Source of the DNA: Planctomycetota bacterium
Lineage (GTDB): Bacteria; Planctomycetota; B129-G9
Length of the DNA: 51,788 nt
NCBI GenBank assembly: GCA_043816375.1
Contig: JBDRIB010000280.1
Location: forward strand, 1-51,788
Direction: 5' to 3'
Shown here: piece by piece, positions 26,843 through 35,883 of the stretch
Layout of the letters: the number at the start of each line of letters is the position of its first letter
Numbering within the stretch: the stretch's first letter is position 1
The notes under the pieces: generated by a model
The model's input: the letters and a program-made list of their open reading frames with translations, nothing else
What the model was told of the DNA's origin: nothing
Database searches by the model: none
Translations under genes and position numbers: made by a program

Positions 26843-28147
26843 ATGTACACGCTTTTTATGGCCGTTACATACCTGCTCAAGCGGCGCATCACCCTGGCGG
26901 CCGTGCTGGCCACCGCTCTCGGGGTAATGGTGATGGTCCTTGTCGTCTCGATAATCAGCGGCTACATTGCCAGAGTGGAGGAAATACTCCGAGGCGATAC
27001 GGCGGACCTGACCATCGAGATGGCCGGCTACCGGGACCAACACGAACCTATACGCAAATACAGGGATGTCATCGGGAAAGTGAGCGGCGTGAAACACGTT
27101 GTCGCCTGCTCCCCCATCATATCAGAGTTTGCAATCATCACCTTCAAAAGCAAAAAATACGACTGGTGCCAGATATACGGCATAGACCCCGCCCGGGAAA
27201 AAGAAGTCGGAGAATTCCGCAACTACTTCAAGAACCCCGAAAAAATCGACTTCGACACCCTCTTCTCTCCGGAAATACACGGGGACTACACGCCGATTAT
27301 ACTGGGGGAATCCGTCATTGAACTCGAAGGGCTCGGCGTCGGCAGCAACATAGAACTGGCGACCTCCCGCAGCAGCGGACTCGCCAGAGAACAATTCAAG
27401 GTCATCGCCTTCACGCACTCCGGGGGATTCGACATCGACAGCCGCCGCTGCTACGTGTCCCTCGCCGCCGCCCGCAGGATGCTCGGGCTGAGAGACGACC
27501 AGGTAACCCAAATCAAGGTCAAGATAGACGACCCCGAGCGCCTGACCGATGTGAAACTGGCAATCGCATCGGCCCTCAGCAATCCGGGCCATCAATATGC
27601 GCGAAGCGACACGTGGAGTGACGAGGCGGAAAACGTTTTCGGGGCTTACCGCATCAGTCCCTGGCGCGAGATGAAGCGCACCGAACTCCGCGCGGCGGAG
27701 AATGATTTGCGCATCCTCTCGTTCATCGTGGTGTTCATAATGCTGGGCGCGGGTTTTGTGATATTTGCGATACTCGTAATGATAGTATTCGAAAAGCGCA
27801 AGGATATTGGTATAATGATGTCCGTCGGTTCCACCTGGTACGGAACCATTTCGATATTCGTAATTATGGGGCTGATAATCGGCCTGCTGGGCATCGGTCT
27901 GGGGCTGCTCCTGGGCAAACTCGCCTCGGACAACATTAATTCCATCGGCAAAGCGGTCGAAACGATAACCGGCGTGAAGGTCTTCGACGCGGAAATCTAT
28001 AAACTCGAAGAAATTCCATCGCGCTTCACCTGGGATTCGGCTCTCTGGATAAGCGCAATATCCATGGCCGTATGCCTTCTGAGCAGTACATCCGCGGCAA
28101 TCAGGGCCGCACTGGTCGACCCGGTCAAGGCGTTGCGATATGAGTAA
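26843..28147 (+). CDS. LolC/LolE-family ABC permease
   Basis: Same architecture (FMAVTYLLKRR..., IGIMMSVGST). There is a 3-nt gap from the previous gene. Confidence 0.8.
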   Translation: MYTLFMAVTYLLKRRITLAAVLATALGVMVMVLVVSIISGYIARVEEILRGDTADLTIEMAGYRDQHEPIRKYRDVIGKVSGVKHVVACSPIISEFAIITFKSKKYDWCQIYGIDPAREKEVGEFRNYFKNPEKIDFDTLFSPEIHGDYTPIILGESVIELEGLGVGSNIELATSRSSGLAREQFKVIAFTHSGGFDIDSRRCYVSLAAARRMLGLRDDQVTQIKVKIDDPERLTDVKLAIASALSNPGHQYARSDTWSDEAENVFGAYRISPWREMKRTELRAAENDLRILSFIVVFIMLGAGFVIFAILVMIVFEKRKDIGIMMSVGSTWYGTISIFVIMGLIIGLLGIGLGLLLGKLASDNINSIGKAVETITGVKVFDAEIYKLEEIPSRFTWDSALWISAISMAVCLLSSTSAAIRAALVDPVKALRYE

Positions 28148-28841
28148 CATTCTCAAGGCACGAAACATCCACAAATCCTACACGAGCGACTCGCAGCCGC
28201 TGAACGTGCTCAGGGGTGTCAGTTTCGACGTGGAGGAAGGCGGGATACTCACCATCGTCGGCGCATCCGGCGCGGGCAAGAGCACGCTCCTGCATATCCT
28301 CGGCCTGCTCGACACGCCGGACGAAGGGCAAATCGCCTTCAGAGATACCGACCTGACTTCGCTTTCCGCGCGGCGGAAGGCGTCGCTCAGAAACCGGGAA
28401 TTCGGCTTCGTATTCCAGTTCTACCACCTTCTGCCCGAACTCAACGCGATGGAAAACGTCCTGCTGCCGGCAATGGTAGGACACAACCTTCTGTCCTGGA
28501 CGGGCGCCAAAAAAAGGTTGCACGACACCGCCGAAGCGATTATAAAAAGCGTCGGCCTATGGGAACGCAGGCGTCATAAGCCCAAACAACTGTCCGGCGG
28601 CGAGAGGCAGCGCATCGCAATCGCGCGTGCGCTTATGAACGACCCCGCCCTGGTCTTCTGCGACGAACCGACGGGAAACCTGGACAGCAAAACCAGCAGG
28701 GAAATTGAAAACCTTATCTGGAAACTGAGCCGTGAGAGCGGCAAAACCTTCATAATTGTCACACACAACTGGGAACTGGCCAAAAAGGCCGGGCGCGTAC
28801 TGACCATGGTGGACGGCACGCTGACCCAAAACCGGCAATAG
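28140..28841 (+). CDS. ABC transporter ATP-binding protein (LolD/MacB-ATPase type)
   Basis: Walker A GASGAGKST, signature LSGGERQR, Walker B LVFCDEPTGNLD. Overlaps the previous gene by 8 nt. Confidence 0.9.
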   Translation: MSNILKARNIHKSYTSDSQPLNVLRGVSFDVEEGGILTIVGASGAGKSTLLHILGLLDTPDEGQIAFRDTDLTSLSARRKASLRNREFGFVFQFYHLLPELNAMENVLLPAMVGHNLLSWTGAKKRLHDTAEAIIKSVGLWERRRHKPKQLSGGERQRIAIARALMNDPALVFCDEPTGNLDSKTSREIENLIWKLSRESGKTFIIVTHNWELAKKAGRVLTMVDGTLTQNRQ

Positions 28842-28855
28842 TACGGAGAGATTGT

Positions 28856-30349
28856 ATGCCGAGAATCAGAATCATCGCGGGCCCCGACGCGGGGGCAAAA
28901 TACGACCTTAAACTTGCCAAAAGCCCGGACATCACGAGCAAGGAAGACAGCATTGTCATCGGCCGCGACCCGACAAACAATATGCCCATTGCGGACAACG
29001 GCGCCTCGCGCAAGCACGCCGAAATCTTCCGCATCGGCGACAAGTACTTCCTCCAGGACCTGCAGAGCAAAAACGGGACCTTCGTCAACGAGGAACAGAT
29101 AAGCCTCGAAATCCTCAACGCCGGCGACCGCATACGCATCGGCCAGAGCGAAATGGTCTTCGAGGACGTCTCCGACACCGAGAGCGTCGCACAGACCGCC
29201 GCTGAACAGGGCGGGGCCACAATGGTCATAGACCTTAAAAAACTCCGCAAGGAACACCGTGCCGCGGGAGAAAAAGCCGTCGAAAGCGACCGCCTGCAGA
29301 CCCTTTACAAAACCGGAAAAATCATCAGCGAAGAGAGCAACCAGAGAAAACTGATTCAGGGAGTTCTCAAAATCGCCGCCGAGACGGTTGACGCCGAGGA
29401 GGCATACCTGCTCATGCGCGCTCCGGGGGGCAAACTGAATGTGGTCGAAAGCATCCTCGAAAAAGGCAGGAGAACCCACATCAGTACCGCGATTGCAGCC
29501 CGCGTCATTGATTACGCAAAGGCTGTGTTGTCCTCGGACGCGACCAAGGACGACCGCTTCAGCCGTCGCAAAAGCGTCGCGGACGGGAGAGTGCGTTCTA
29601 TTCTCTGTGCGCCTCTTGCCGCCGCGGGCAAGGTTACCGGCGCGCTCTATCTCGCCTCGTCCAAAGTCGAGGAAGGCTTCTCCGCGGAAAACCTCGAGAT
29701 CATCGGGCTCATCGCAATACAGATGGGCCTGGCATTGCAGAACCTGAAGGCCACCGAAGGCCGGCGCGAACTCTACTTCCGCACCATCCACGCGCTCAGC
29801 AGCGCAATCGCAATGCGCAACCCCACGACGCTGGGGCACTCTGAACGCGTGGCGCAATACGTCGGCGCCATATGCAAAGAACTGGACCTCTCGGTAGAAG
29901 AGCGCGGGCGCATACAGATTGCCGGCATCCTCCACAACATAGGCAAAATCGGCGCCACGGACGCCGAGATTGAAGCCACCGTCGGTGAAGACAAGGCCGC
30001 GCGCAAGGCGCAGATAAGGCTCGCAGAAAAAGTGCTCAAAGAAATCGGCGGCCTGGACTTCGTCCTGCCCGGTATCCTGCATACCTATGAAAACTACGAC
30101 GGCAGCGGCGTCCCCGACGGACTTAAGGGAGAAAATATACCCCTTATGGCCCGAATCGTTTCAGTCGCCAACCACTTTGACAAACTGACCGCTATGACCG
30201 CAAAGGACGCGCAGCCGATGCTCACAAAGGAAGCCATTGCAAAACTGCGCGAAATGGCGGGAACCATCGTTGACCCGAGCATCGTGAGCACGCTGGAAAT
30301 CGCTTACAAAAAAGGCACTCTCTTCCAGCCGCAGAGCACCCCCGCGTAA
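28856..30349 (+). CDS. FHA-GAF-HD-GYP-like (degenerate) signalling protein
   Basis: FHA (GRDPTN...SRKHAEI...LQDLQSKNGTFVN), a central GAF-like region, and a C-terminal HD-type domain (HSERVAQY..., LHNIGKIG, YDGSGVPDGL). There is a 14-nt gap from the ATPase gene. Confidence 0.8.
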   Translation: MPRIRIIAGPDAGAKYDLKLAKSPDITSKEDSIVIGRDPTNNMPIADNGASRKHAEIFRIGDKYFLQDLQSKNGTFVNEEQISLEILNAGDRIRIGQSEMVFEDVSDTESVAQTAAEQGGATMVIDLKKLRKEHRAAGEKAVESDRLQTLYKTGKIISEESNQRKLIQGVLKIAAETVDAEEAYLLMRAPGGKLNVVESILEKGRRTHISTAIAARVIDYAKAVLSSDATKDDRFSRRKSVADGRVRSILCAPLAAAGKVTGALYLASSKVEEGFSAENLEIIGLIAIQMGLALQNLKATEGRRELYFRTIHALSSAIAMRNPTTLGHSERVAQYVGAICKELDLSVEERGRIQIAGILHNIGKIGATDAEIEATVGEDKAARKAQIRLAEKVLKEIGGLDFVLPGILHTYENYDGSGVPDGLKGENIPLMARIVSVANHFDKLTAMTAKDAQPMLTKEAIAKLREMAGTIVDPSIVSTLEIAYKKGTLFQPQSTPA

Positions 30350-30422
30350 CTGCTCTCCAGACAATGCCGCCCCCTCGCAGGGGGGCGAAGTATGGGAAAC
30401 TTTCCGTCCGCGACGGAACGAT

Positions 30423-30463
30423 GACAGCAGGCGTTCACGCTTCGCTCACTGCTGCCGGGCGTT
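30423..30463 (+). repeat. 41-bp direct repeat, left copy
   Basis: GACAGCAGGCGTTCACGCTTCGCTCACTGCTGCCGG(G/A)CGTT, matching 30751-30791 at 40/41. It contains a CAGCAG...CTGCTG hairpin. Confidence 0.9.
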
Positions 30464-30489
30464 TTATTGAAAATCACTAAACGCGTAAA

Positions 30490-30708
30490 GGTGACTGTCA
30501 CCAATTACGGAGAGTAGGCCAGAATTATAAAGACTGAGCAAAAGGTGACAGTCACCATTACCCGTTCGGAACCTGACGGGACCTCAGGTCGAGGACACGG
30601 AACGGGCGGGGCGCAGGCACCCCGATTCATCGGGGGGACCAGCTCGTAGATGGTGACTGTCATCCTTTTGCAATGCGAAAGTCGGGGCGTAGATTGGTGA
30701 CTGTCACC
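30490..30708. mobile_element. Composite: type II MITE-like shell containing a type I element
   Basis: The left end GGTGACTGTCACCAATTACGG and right end GCGAAAGTCGGGGCGTAGATTGGTGACTGTCACC match the ends of 35756-35834. The interior holds 30538-30671. Confidence 0.7.
30538..30671 (-). mobile_element. MITE-like element, type I copy (E2), inverted relative to 7761-7889
   Basis: The reverse complement aligns end to end with E1, with identical termini GGATGACAGTCACCATCTACGAGCTGG... and ...TCCGAACGGGTAATGGTGAC. Confidence 0.8.
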
Positions 30709-30750
30709 TTGCCAGGTGTTTCCAACTAAGTCTTGTAGCAAGAAACGCGG

Positions 30751-30791
30751 GACAGCAGGCGTTCACGCTTCGCTCACTGCTGCCGGACGTT
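30751..30791 (+). repeat. 41-bp direct repeat, right copy
   Basis: See 30423-30463. Confidence 0.9.
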
Positions 30792-30802
30792 CTGATTTTC
30801 GC

Positions 30803-30831
30803 TTGACTAAGCCGTCCGGAGAGGATAATAT
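30803..30831 (+). promoter_or_regulatory. Candidate sigma70 promoter for the 30908 operon
   Basis: TTGACT, 17 nt, TAATAT. Confidence 0.5.
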
Positions 30832-30907
30832 TGCGGAATGAGAAGGAACGCAGGAATGGAAGATGTGTCGTTATCTCATTTTCACATCTTAATACTGTAG
30901 ACTGCTT

Positions 30908-32113
30908 ATGCGAGAGACAGTGAAAAATAACAACAAACTGTTCGAAAAATGCGGCAACTTTGAAGTCGCCAGAGAAGCAATACGACGCGGCATCTTTCCC
31001 TACTTCAGACCCATTGAGTCGGCCCAGGACACCGAGGTCCTGATAAACGGCAAAAAAGTAATAATGATAGGGTCAAACAGTTACCTCGGTCTGACAACCG
31101 ACAAACGGGTAAAAAAGGCCGCCATCGAAGCCGTGGAAAAATACGGCTCCGGCTGCGCCGGTTCCCGCTTCCTTAACGGCACCCTCGACATCCACGTAAA
31201 ACTTGAAGAAAAACTCGCCCGCTTTATGCAAAAGGAGGCCGCGGTCGTCTTCAGCACCGGCTTCCAGACAAACCTCGGCGCTATCTCCACCCTGGTCGGC
31301 AAGGACGACTACGTAATCATCGACCGCCTCGACCACGCCAGCATCATCGAAGGCACCCGCCTCAGTTTCGGCCAGACCCGCAAATACCGCCACAACGACA
31401 TGGACGACCTGGAGCGGATCCTCGGGGACATTCCGAATGAAGCGGGAAAACTAATCGTAGTGGACGGCGTCTTCAGCATGGAAGGCGACCTGGCGGACCT
31501 TCCGGGCATCGTCGAACTCGCGAAAAAATACGGCGCGCAGGTTATGGTTGACGACGCGCACGGCATCGGCGTGATGGGAACCGACGGACGAGGCACCGCC
31601 GAACACTTCGGCCTGCAGGACGAAGTGGATTTGGTTATGGGCACCTTCAGCAAGACCTTAGCCTCGCTCGGCGGCTTCATCGCCGGAAGCGAGACGGTTA
31701 TACACTACATCAAACACCTCTCCCGCGAACTCATCTTCAGCGCCAGTATTCCTCCGGCGAACGTTGCGGCGGTTGACAAGGCGCTTGATATCGTTATCGA
31801 AGAGCCCGAACGCCGCGCGCGCCTGTGGGAGATAACGCACAAAATGAAAAAGGGCCTGGAGGAACTGGGCTTCGACACGGGCAAAAGCGTCACGCCGATA
31901 ATCCCCGTCTTCGTCCGAAGCAACGATGGCGTGTTCGCAATGTGTATGAGACTGCACGAGGAGGGCGTCTTCGTCAATCCCGTTATCGAGCCGGCCGTTC
32001 CGCCCGACCACGCGCTCATCCGCACAAGTTATATGGCAACGCATACCGACGAGGAACTCGACCGCGTCCTCGAAGCGTTCGAAAAAGTCGGCAAGGAATT
32101 CGGCCTTATCTGA
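30908..32113 (+). CDS. Alpha-oxoamine synthase, serine-palmitoyltransferase-like (PLP-dependent)
   Basis: [43 protein letters not shown] and the PLP-lysine motif [12 protein letters not shown]. The N-terminal FPYFRPIES is typical of the SPT-like branch as I read it. Confidence 0.8.
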   Translation: MRETVKNNNKLFEKCGNFEVAREAIRRGIFPYFRPIESAQDTEVLINGKKVIMIGSNSYLGLTTDKRVKKAAIEAVEKYGSGCAGSRFLNGTLDIHVKLEEKLARFMQKEAAVVFSTGFQTNLGAISTLVGKDDYVIIDRLDHASIIEGTRLSFGQTRKYRHNDMDDLERILGDIPNEAGKLIVVDGVFSMEGDLADLPGIVELAKKYGAQVMVDDAHGIGVMGTDGRGTAEHFGLQDEVDLVMGTFSKTLASLGGFIAGSETVIHYIKHLSRELIFSASIPPANVAAVDKALDIVIEEPERRARLWEITHKMKKGLEELGFDTGKSVTPIIPVFVRSNDGVFAMCMRLHEEGVFVNPVIEPAVPPDHALIRTSYMATHTDEELDRVLEAFEKVGKEFGLI

Positions 32114-32126
32114 CACGGTTTCCGGA

Positions 32127-33254
32127 ATGTCCCTGACAATCATCCCCGTCCGCACGGAAAAACAGAAACGCGAATTCATACGCCTGCCCTACCGCCTTTA
32201 CAGAGACAACCCGAACTGGGTCCCGCCGCTCATTATGGAGCAGAAGCGCCTCCTGAACACCGCGAAGCATCCGTTCTACAAACACGCCGCCATTGAAATG
32301 CTCCTCGCGACGCGAAACGGCTCGACGGTCGGGCGCATCGCGGCGGTCGCGGACGACAAATTCATCGACTTCCACCAGGAACGCATCGGCTTCTTCGGTT
32401 TTTTCGAATGTGACCTGAGGGGCGGCGGCGAACGGGCACGGGAAACGACGCACGCGCTCCTTAACGCCGCCGAAGAATGGCTGCGCGAAAAGGAAATGGT
32501 CGAGATTCGCGGCCCGACCAGCCCCTCCACAAACTACGAATGCGGCACGCTCGTCAAGGGCTTCGACTCGCCGCCCGTCATTATGATGCCCTACAACCCG
32601 CCGGAATACCCGCAACTGATTGAGTCCGCCGGATTCGAGAAAGGCCGCGACCTGATAAGTTACATCTTCGACCTGCCCGATATGCCGGAAAAGGCCTACC
32701 GCGTCTCGCGAATCTGCGAAAGGCGCGGCTACCTGCTGCGCCCCGTGAATATGAAAAGGTTCGAACAGGAAGCGGAGACGATGCTCGGAATATATAATTC
32801 GGCGTGGGAGAAAAACTGGGGCTTCGTGCCGATGAGCGACGAAGAGTTTATGGAAATGGCCGCACAGATGAAACAAATCGTCGTGCCCGATTTGATACTA
32901 ATGGCGGAACACAGGGGCAAAATCGTCGGCTTCTCGATAGGCCTGCCCGACATAAACATCATTTTGAAGCGGATGAACGGCAGGCTATTCCCGTTCGGCC
33001 TTTTCAAATTCATCCTCGGCTTCCGCCGCATAAACCTCGCGCGCATCCTGGTGCTCGGCGTGGCGAAGGAGCACCGGCGCCAGGGCATCGACGCGATGAT
33101 GACCATCCGCTCGTTCATCGAAGGCCACAAGCACGGCTACTTCAAGGGCGATTTCGGCTGGATACTCGACGACAACGAAGTGACCAACAACCTGATGCTC
33201 GGCTTCGGCTCCCGCCCCTACAAGCGCTTCCGCATATACCGCAAGCCGCTATAA
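32127..33254 (+). CDS. GNAT-fold acyltransferase-like protein
   Basis: 375 aa with 13-nt spacing from the previous gene. The C-terminal VLGVAKEHRRQGIDAMM resembles the acyl-CoA-binding R/Q-x-x-G-x-A/G motif. The function call is tentative. Confidence 0.5.
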   Translation: MSLTIIPVRTEKQKREFIRLPYRLYRDNPNWVPPLIMEQKRLLNTAKHPFYKHAAIEMLLATRNGSTVGRIAAVADDKFIDFHQERIGFFGFFECDLRGGGERARETTHALLNAAEEWLREKEMVEIRGPTSPSTNYECGTLVKGFDSPPVIMMPYNPPEYPQLIESAGFEKGRDLISYIFDLPDMPEKAYRVSRICERRGYLLRPVNMKRFEQEAETMLGIYNSAWEKNWGFVPMSDEEFMEMAAQMKQIVVPDLILMAEHRGKIVGFSIGLPDINIILKRMNGRLFPFGLFKFILGFRRINLARILVLGVAKEHRRQGIDAMMTIRSFIEGHKHGYFKGDFGWILDDNEVTNNLMLGFGSRPYKRFRIYRKPL

Positions 33255-33271
33255 ACACAGGGACAAAGTAA

Positions 33272-33372
33272 GTTGTCAAGTTGTCAAGTTGTCGAGTTGT
33301 CAAGATTCTGTTGCCTGTTGCCCGTTGCCTTCTTCTGCCTTCTGCCTTACTTTGACCTTTGACCCTTCACCT
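33272..33372 (+). repeat. Cascade of short tandem repeats: (GTTGTCAA)x4, (TGTTGCC)x3, (TTCTGCC)x2, (TTTGACC)x2
   Basis: Read directly from 33272 onward. Confidence 0.9.
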
Positions 33373-33454
33373 TCGTAGCGAAGCGGAGTCCCGACGTCTT
33401 GTGTCGGGATGACCTCGATTAACAGGGACTTGAATCAGACTCTAATCGGAATAA

Positions 33455-33525
33455 CTTCTACACTCCTATACTTCTAAACTCCAACACTTCAGGACCACGG
33501 CGCCACGGCTCCACGGAACTACGGA
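33455..33525 (+). repeat. ACTTCTAC-type and (CCACGGNN)x4 tandem repeat blocks
   Basis: ACTTCTACACTCCTATACTTCTAAACTCCAACACTTC, then CCACGGCG CCACGGCT CCACGGAA CTACGGAT. Confidence 0.9.
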
Positions 33526-33527
33526 TA

Positions 33528-34127
33528 TTATTCGGATGGCTGAGATTTGGGCTGCCCGGTTTTGGCTTTGTTTTCTTCTGACTCTTCCAACAATTTCTTC
33601 TCCGCCTCGGCGATGAGTTGTTGCTTTTCAATATCTGAACAGTTGGTCCAATTATCTCTCTGGTAGACAGGAATTTTGCACCATAAATCACGGGATTTAT
33701 CAGCTGAGTAATGCGAATTGCCTTCCCGCAAGTATTTCATGAAATAGTAGAGATTCGCATCTGCTCGCAGGGCAATATTGCGTGCAATATCGGCTGCACC
33801 ACGACTCTCAATTAGAACCACGGTCAAGAGAGCCGATACTGCACCCGTGACGATGGCGGCTACAAATACTACAAACACACGCAGTACCAAGATACAGACA
33901 AGCGCGCAGAGGCCTATCAGGAAACTCAACGACCAAAATGGTCGCTTAGAATAAAGCAACTTTGCACTCACAAATATAGCTAGAAATAGGAAAACCGAAA
34001 AGGCGTAGTCACCGAGAAGCGTCTTATGCAAACCCAAGTTCGAAGCAACTGCGACAGATGCAGCTATGAGCAGACCATAGGCTATTCTTGCCAACACATT
34101 CTCTCTGAACAAGTCTTGCAATGACAT
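33528..34127 (-). CDS. Hypothetical multi-pass membrane protein, visibly AT-richer than its neighbours
   Basis: 199 aa with 4-5 hydrophobic helices and a charged C-terminal tail ...AEAEKKLLEESEENKAKTGQPKSQPSE. I recognise no motif. Confidence 0.6.
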   Translation of the reverse strand: MSLQDLFRENVLARIAYGLLIAASVAVASNLGLHKTLLGDYAFSVFLFLAIFVSAKLLYSKRPFWSLSFLIGLCALVCILVLRVFVVFVAAIVTGAVSALLTVVLIESRGAADIARNIALRADANLYYFMKYLREGNSHYSADKSRDLWCKIPVYQRDNWTNCSDIEKQQLIAEAEKKLLEESEENKAKTGQPKSQPSE

Positions 34128-34253
34128 GCCGCACCTCCGGTAAAGATAATGAATCTCTCCTTCACCCCTTATCTCGGCAGTATCCCGAATGTGGGGAAAA
34201 AGCGTATTCTGCGAGGTGCCATATTTCTACTCCGGTAAGGCGACGTTGTCAAC

Positions 34254-34358
34254 GGATTTGAATGTTCCCTACTTCTATACTCCGACACTTCTATACTTCT
34301 ACGCTATGCTTTCCTGCTTGCGAAGCGAAGCGGAGGCCCGATGGGTTTTATCGGGGCC
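34254..34358 (+). repeat. Right-flank repeat block (TTTGAAT..ACTTCTAT repeats plus GCGAAGCGGAGG-CCCGA hairpin)
   Basis: Shares the TTGAAT / ACTTCTAY-ACTCC / GCGAAGCGGAG-CCCGA modules with 33373-33490, in the same orientation. Confidence 0.75.
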
Positions 34359-34527
34359 TACTCTTATATTTTCGGGGGGAATAAAATGTTTCCTCACGGA
34401 AAAAATTTTCTTGCATAGGAAAGGTGAAAATGCTATTTTGCACTTTATAAAGTGTAAAGTAAAATCTGTTGCTTGATAATTACTATTCTATTAGCACGCC
34501 GATGGAGATGTCCCGTAGCCGGGCTTC

Positions 34528-34540
34528 GGTGACAGTCACC
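34528..34540. repeat. Solo GGTGACAGTCACC palindrome
   Basis: Exact 13-mer 44 nt upstream of the alr ATG. Confidence 0.9.
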
Positions 34541-34583
34541 TCCGCACACGGGGTAGTCGCCAAACGGCAAAGAATACGGCCTT

Positions 34584-35750
34584 ATGAAACGACACAGGCT
34601 CTGGGCGGAAGTCGATTTGACCGCCCTTGAAGATAATTTCCGGCAGATAAAGAGCCGCCTCGCGCCCGGCACGAAAGTGCTTGCCGTGCTCAAGGCAAAC
34701 GCCTACGGTCACGGCGCTGTGCCCGTCGCAAATTCCCTCGTCAAGGCAGGCGTCGATATGTTCGGCGTGGGCGATTCCGGCGAGGCGCTTGAACTGAGGC
34801 GCGCCGACATCACCTCCCCGATTCTCGTTCTCGGCGCGCTGATTGAGGACGAGGTACCCCGCGTCGTTCACGAAGGCATCACGCCCTGCATCCATTCGCT
34901 CGACATCGCGCGAATCCTCCAGGAAGAAGCCGCGCGCCAGAACATCGCGCTCGATGTCCACGTGAACGTCGATACCGGAATGGGACGGCTGGGCATATCG
35001 CCGCGCAATGCCATCGAACTGCTCAAATCGATTTCCGCGTTTCCCAACCTTCGCCTGCGCGGGTTCAGCACGCACTTCTCTTCCGCGGGCGCGGTCAGCA
35101 GAAACTTTATGCAGCAGCAACTGATTGCCTTTCACGAGGTCACAGCAGAGGCGCTGAAACACGGCATACGCTTTGAACTGCTGCACGCGGCCAACAGCAC
35201 CGCCGCGCTGCGTATGGAGGATACGCACCTGAATATGGTGCGCGTCGGTATCGCGCTTTACGGCATCGACCCGAGCGGGTTTTTCCGCGATGTCACCGCG
35301 CTCAAGCCCGTGCTCTCGTTCAAAACGCGAATAATATATCTGAAGACCGTCCCCCCCAAGACGCCAATCGGCTACGAGCGAACATTCACGACATACCGCA
35401 AGACGCGCGTCGCAACACTGCCCGTGGGCTACAACGACGGCTATCCGTTCCTGCTGTCCAACAAGGCGCGCGTTATTGTGCACGGCTGCCGCGCGCCCGT
35501 CATCGGCGGGATTACGATGGACTACACGATGGTTGACGTAACGGATGTTCGCAATGCGAGAGTCGGCGACGAAGTGGTTCTTATAGGCAGCGACGGAAAC
35601 GCAAGCATAAGCGCAGTGGAACTGGCAAACCTTACCGGCACCATTCCGTATGAAATAACCTGCATGCTCGGCAAGCGCGTCAGGCGCGTGTACCTCGCGG
35701 GAGAAGAAGGAGAAGAGGTCCTTACCCACGAGGCGGCGGAAGTGATTTGA
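34584..35750 (+). CDS. alr: Alanine racemase
   Basis: PLP-lysine motif AVLKANAYGHG and a conserved C-terminal domain (RVATLPVGYNDGY, MDYTMVDV). Confidence 0.9.
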   Translation: MKRHRLWAEVDLTALEDNFRQIKSRLAPGTKVLAVLKANAYGHGAVPVANSLVKAGVDMFGVGDSGEALELRRADITSPILVLGALIEDEVPRVVHEGITPCIHSLDIARILQEEAARQNIALDVHVNVDTGMGRLGISPRNAIELLKSISAFPNLRLRGFSTHFSSAGAVSRNFMQQQLIAFHEVTAEALKHGIRFELLHAANSTAALRMEDTHLNMVRVGIALYGIDPSGFFRDVTALKPVLSFKTRIIYLKTVPPKTPIGYERTFTTYRKTRVATLPVGYNDGYPFLLSNKARVIVHGCRAPVIGGITMDYTMVDVTDVRNARVGDEVVLIGSDGNASISAVELANLTGTIPYEITCMLGKRVRRVYLAGEEGEEVLTHEAAEVI

Positions 35751-35755
35751 AAAAC

Positions 35756-35834
35756 GGTGACTGTCACCAATTACGGCCCCGACAGTCATATTAATATAAT
35801 GCGAAAGTCGGGGCGTAGATTGGTGACTGTCACC
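35756..35834. mobile_element. MITE-like element, type II copy (E3)
   Basis: 79 bp with 28-nt terminal inverted repeats GGTGACTGTCACCAATTACGGCCCCGAC / GTCGGGGCGTAGATTGGTGACTGTCACC around an AT-rich loop. Starts 6 nt after the alr stop. Confidence 0.8.
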
Positions 35835-35883
35835 GTAATATCAGGACATAGATGTTCTCCCGCATAACGGGAAGGCCTTGACC

